A stretch of 50,231 nucleotides of DNA, taken from Sphaeroforma arctica JP610 (taxonomy: Eukaryota). Positions 46,601 through 50,231 of the stretch are shown piece after piece (position 1 is the stretch's first letter; each line of letters opens with the position of its first letter). The notes under the pieces are model-generated. The model was not told the DNA's origin, ran no database searches, and saw only the letters and a list, made by a program, of their open reading frames with translations. The position numbers were made by a program, and so were the translations under genes. The stretch spans positions 9,813 to 60,043 of the forward strand of contig NW_014040107.1 of assembly GCF_001186125.1 (NCBI RefSeq), in the 5' to 3' direction.

Positions 46601-47315
46601 GAATCAGTCACCTTGTCAATAGTAGAGGTTTCGTATCAACCCCTACAAATATCCTGGTCTAAATCTTTCACGTTCTTTTTGTATCTTTACAGGAAAATAG
46701 TAGGAAGAGGTTGGCCGACGGTCAACTGGGGTCCGGTAGCACCTCTAAGATGAAAATGGCAGATGGCTCGAGTGCGAGTGAAACAGAAAAACCGCCATTG
46801 TGGACAGCTGTTGTCAAAGTGAAGCCGAGAGAAGTTGGTATGTTACTGACCAATTTGCAATATCTTTGCGCGATGAAATCATGAATAGCGCCTTGTGTTT
46901 TGTGCTTGATGATATGTGATGCGCTTGGAAAAAGATGCAGCTCTGTTTTAAGGACACTTCGGTCATTGCACATCGAGTTTCGGACTTGCATATTCTATTA
47001 TAGATTGTTGTATGGACTTGTACGCTTCACACACGTCGTCGATTGTAAATTACAATGAGCTTGGTACATTGCTGTCTCATGCAAGGCGTTATCTATTAGC
47101 TTTTTGCAGTACCGTGAAAATATCATCGACACTTCAAGTTGAGATTCTCAAAATCAAATGCAGATTCACATGCCCTGGCGGAAGATCCGAAGGCAAAAGC
47201 AGGATTCAATGTGCACGTGCACCTGATCTCTGGAGATAAGCCGTGTTTTGAAGAATTCTATGCTTTAGCTAAGAAACACGTACTACATCCCTCAGACATC
47301 CATCCCACTGCCTAA
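40465..47315 (+). CDS. TUT1: TUT1/Star-PAP-like terminal uridylyltransferase (zinc finger-RRM-NTase-PAP-associated-KA1-like), 12 exons
   Basis: FCDLC...HVQGKKH (C2H2), RTIFVRGF / FAFVEF (RRM), LFGSTVN..DVD..CDLSFENRLA (Pol-beta NTase), QDPFELSHNL, WVGGRKARR. Exons 40465-40528, 41993-42186, 42505-42721, 42990-43147, 43331-43563, 43757-43949, 44528-44776, 44997-45150, 45453-45610, 45901-46206, 46693-46837, 47164-47315. Confidence 0.85.
40651..41900. repeat. (TA)n/(TG)n tract flanking an assembly gap in TUT1 intron 1
   Basis: Read directly on both sides of gap 40701-41521. Confidence 0.9.
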
Positions 47316-47794
47316 ACCTGTATGCACTTTGGGGATGGGCAGAGAAAAAACGCTCTTAAACTGCTCTCATTGTATGACTCGTACACGTTGTACGTGCACA
47401 AATAGAGTCATCTCGTCAAGAAGTTATTACCAAATCGTGCTATACTCGTTCCTCCGCCGGTTCAGTTTAGACGAAGCTACTGTGTACACCGAAATTTTCT
47501 CCGAACACGGCGATTTTTTAATTCCAGTCATAAACGTACTGTCCAGATATGAATAAACTCACATGTTTGATAACCGATCTTTGATTTTGACTACAATTAG
47601 AACTGAGTGCCTCCAATTAGTTGTGCAATCGAGTGGGTCCTTAACTTGCATTTATAGTCCGTGGTGATGTCTATGCTCTTTGGTCATAGTATAAGTTACA
47701 ATGTTCTACATTTTCTGGTATATATANNNNNNNNNNNNNNNNNNNNTCTATGCTCTTTGGTCATAGTATAAGTTACAATGATTCTACAATTTCT

Positions 47795-48060
<266 letters not shown>

Positions 48061-48370
48061 AAGTATGCCCTTTTAGCGGTGGATACCCTTACTCAAATGG
48101 TGTTTGTTCGGGTCTTTCCGCCTAGTGTTGCTGCTGGGGATGCTGTGCGCTTCTTGGAGGAGCAAGTGTTGGCACTGGGAGTGCCGCAGAGGATTACGAT
48201 GGACGCTGATTCTGTGTTCAACACTAATGATATGGTTAACTTTTGTGAGGCTCGACAGATTGTGCCGCGTTATGTGTCGATCGATCGTCACCAAGGCAAT
48301 GGGAGAGCGGAGGTTCTCATCCGTACGGTGAAGGACTGGCTCAAACGTGAGGTGGCGGCTGCTGATGCGG
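48061..48370 (+). mobile_element. Isolated rve integrase catalytic-core fragment
   Basis: [12 protein letters not shown]...GVPQRITMDADSVF...HQGNGRAEVLIRTVKDWL; open frame, flanked by dinucleotide microsatellite on both sides. Confidence 0.85.
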
Positions 48371-49641
48371 GTGTATGTATATATTTATAAATATATATGT
48401 AATGCTAGTATTTTCTTGCCACGCATATGATACTTTGGAAAGTGTGTGTGTGTTCAACACTGCTTGATTCGGCTTGTCACTGGTTTGGTTGGCTACTTAC
48501 GGAACTTGTCACACGTCTGCTGCTACACAAAAAACATAAACGCTCCACAGCGGAGTAGACCGACCTGTTGTGATTAATAATTGTTATGCTGCAAGTTTCT
48601 AGGACTAGTAGATGACGCTGACTATTGTTTCTTGAATGGGCAAGACGCAAACAAACATGTCTATAGTTTTATTTGAAAATAGGATATCTATATTAGTCAA
48701 AGTAATATTTGATGGGGTACCAATGCTATGTGCAACGTAGCGGGAGAGTTTCGCTCGTATACTCGCGGACACATCCGGATATTGCCAGGCTTGCCCTGCG
48801 TTTCAAACAAACTCACAGAGGCACCACTTGTGGGCTTGAGATTTTTTCTCGTTATACACACAAGAGGTTGACGACTTATTAAATGAAAGCAGAAATGACT
48901 GAATTCTCTCTCACTAGAGAGAGAGAGGTTGATTGGGGCCCTCTGACCTGTGTTGAAGAAAACACTCAATCAGGAGAATTGGCCTTCCATTTATGTAGAT
49001 ATATGCATCCACTTCCGAGCATACTTTCGCCTGCGTTCTATATCACGCTAGCCATCCAAGCTTACCCGCTTGTACTAATCAGACATCTCAAAGAGCGATG
49101 GGGTGCCTCTATGCACATTGAGATCCAAACAAACGCGCACACTATATAGCGATACCACTATTTTTCCCTTCGCAATAACTAAAAAGTGTACTGTACCGCG
49201 AGGCCATGGGCCGTGAGCCGAGTGGGGTTTTACTTATTTTTGTATTTTTTTTCCGAAAAACAAAAAGCGGTATGTATTAAAACATTGTTCCACCACCAAT
49301 ATAAAAGTATCTATCAAGCGATTGGCTACGAATCAGGAATGACCTATTATTATACATTGGATGTTACAGATTTATCTCGAATCGTTATTGGTCGACCAAG
49401 CAACAATCTATCCGATCAGCGATCGTCAATCTGACAATCTGCAGTGTGTTTGTAGTATTTAAGTTTCCTATTTTCTGTTGCAGTGCTGCTAAAGCCTGCT
49501 GCTATGTATTGTATATTGTATATAAGATCAAAGGAATGATCTGACCAATTAGTCAGTATACCGATAGACACTTCTCGAGTAGTCTCCACGGTCTCTTAAA
49601 TATAAGAGTGATACAGTAACTACAGAGCTACAGCATCGGGC

Positions 49642-50114
49642 ATGCGAAATCTCAGTACTGTCGCGTCGACGACACACGCCACCGGGTGGGACATCAAGCA
49701 GGCGAAGGAGGAGAAGATCCACTCAGATGAGACGAGTATGTGCTAGCTATTGACTCGTGTTCTAACAATTATGCAATAGAAAGATTTTGGGCTCTATTTT
49801 AGCCGGTATTGATGAGGTGGTGAAAGAATATGCTATCCCCATCAAACTCTTTCAAAGAGTAGAACCAAATATCAAACAACGTTCCCTTTCAAAATACCAA
49901 GCTTTGTCACGGGAGGAGGAGAGTTTGGTGGGGCTCTCATACTGACAGAAACATGTTTTCTAGGGACACCTCAGTCATGAATCCGATTCAGAAGAACAAT
50001 TACATGGTTATTTCGGTTGTACTCGGTTGTGAAAACTATGCGTTGATTATAGTTCTTTCCGTTTGCACAGACCATGTTGGGGGACATTGTGATTCTGAAG
50101 TCGACAAAATCAAG
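49642..50114 (+). CDS. Possible 5' exons of an unknown gene continuing beyond the window
   Basis: ATG 49642 and a phase-consistent chain of GT-AG exons (about 49642-49735, 49803-49926, 49963-50005, 50071-50114) giving a charged, hydrophilic peptide. One intron would be only about 36 nt; no domain recognised. Confidence 0.35.
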
Positions 50115-50231
50115 GTATGTAAGCTAAAAAAGGGAGCAAATAATGCACAGTATCTAGCAGCATGAATCATGATATATTTCTACGCATAAAAGATATCAGC
50201 ACAAACGAAAATATGTATATATATATATATG

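Overview
Intron-rich eukaryotic nuclear DNA from a draft assembly with five N gaps; gene content suggests a unicellular opisthokont/holozoan, but that is inference only. Bases 1-12.9k are a transposon island with three parts. (1) A decayed minus-strand Ty3/Gypsy-type retroelement with pol order protease-RT-RNase H-[DNA N6-adenine methyltransferase, NPPW]-DDE integrase-chromo-like domain; I see no direct LTRs, only two interlocking inverted-repeat pairs. (2) A nearly intact two-ORF APE-RT LINE. (3) A piggyBac-like transposase remnant. The rest is host genes: an orphan single-pass membrane protein, an RS-rich cyclophilin (PPIG-like) head-to-head with the mitochondrial processing peptidase beta subunit, RRP12 head-to-head with a full-architecture TUT1-like uridylyltransferase, an isolated integrase fragment and the 5' end of an unknown gene. 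The best candidate for an undescribed system is the methyltransferase-carrying Gypsy-like element with DIRS-like end structure. Novelty cannot be confirmed without database searches. All domain calls rest on manual motif recognition.
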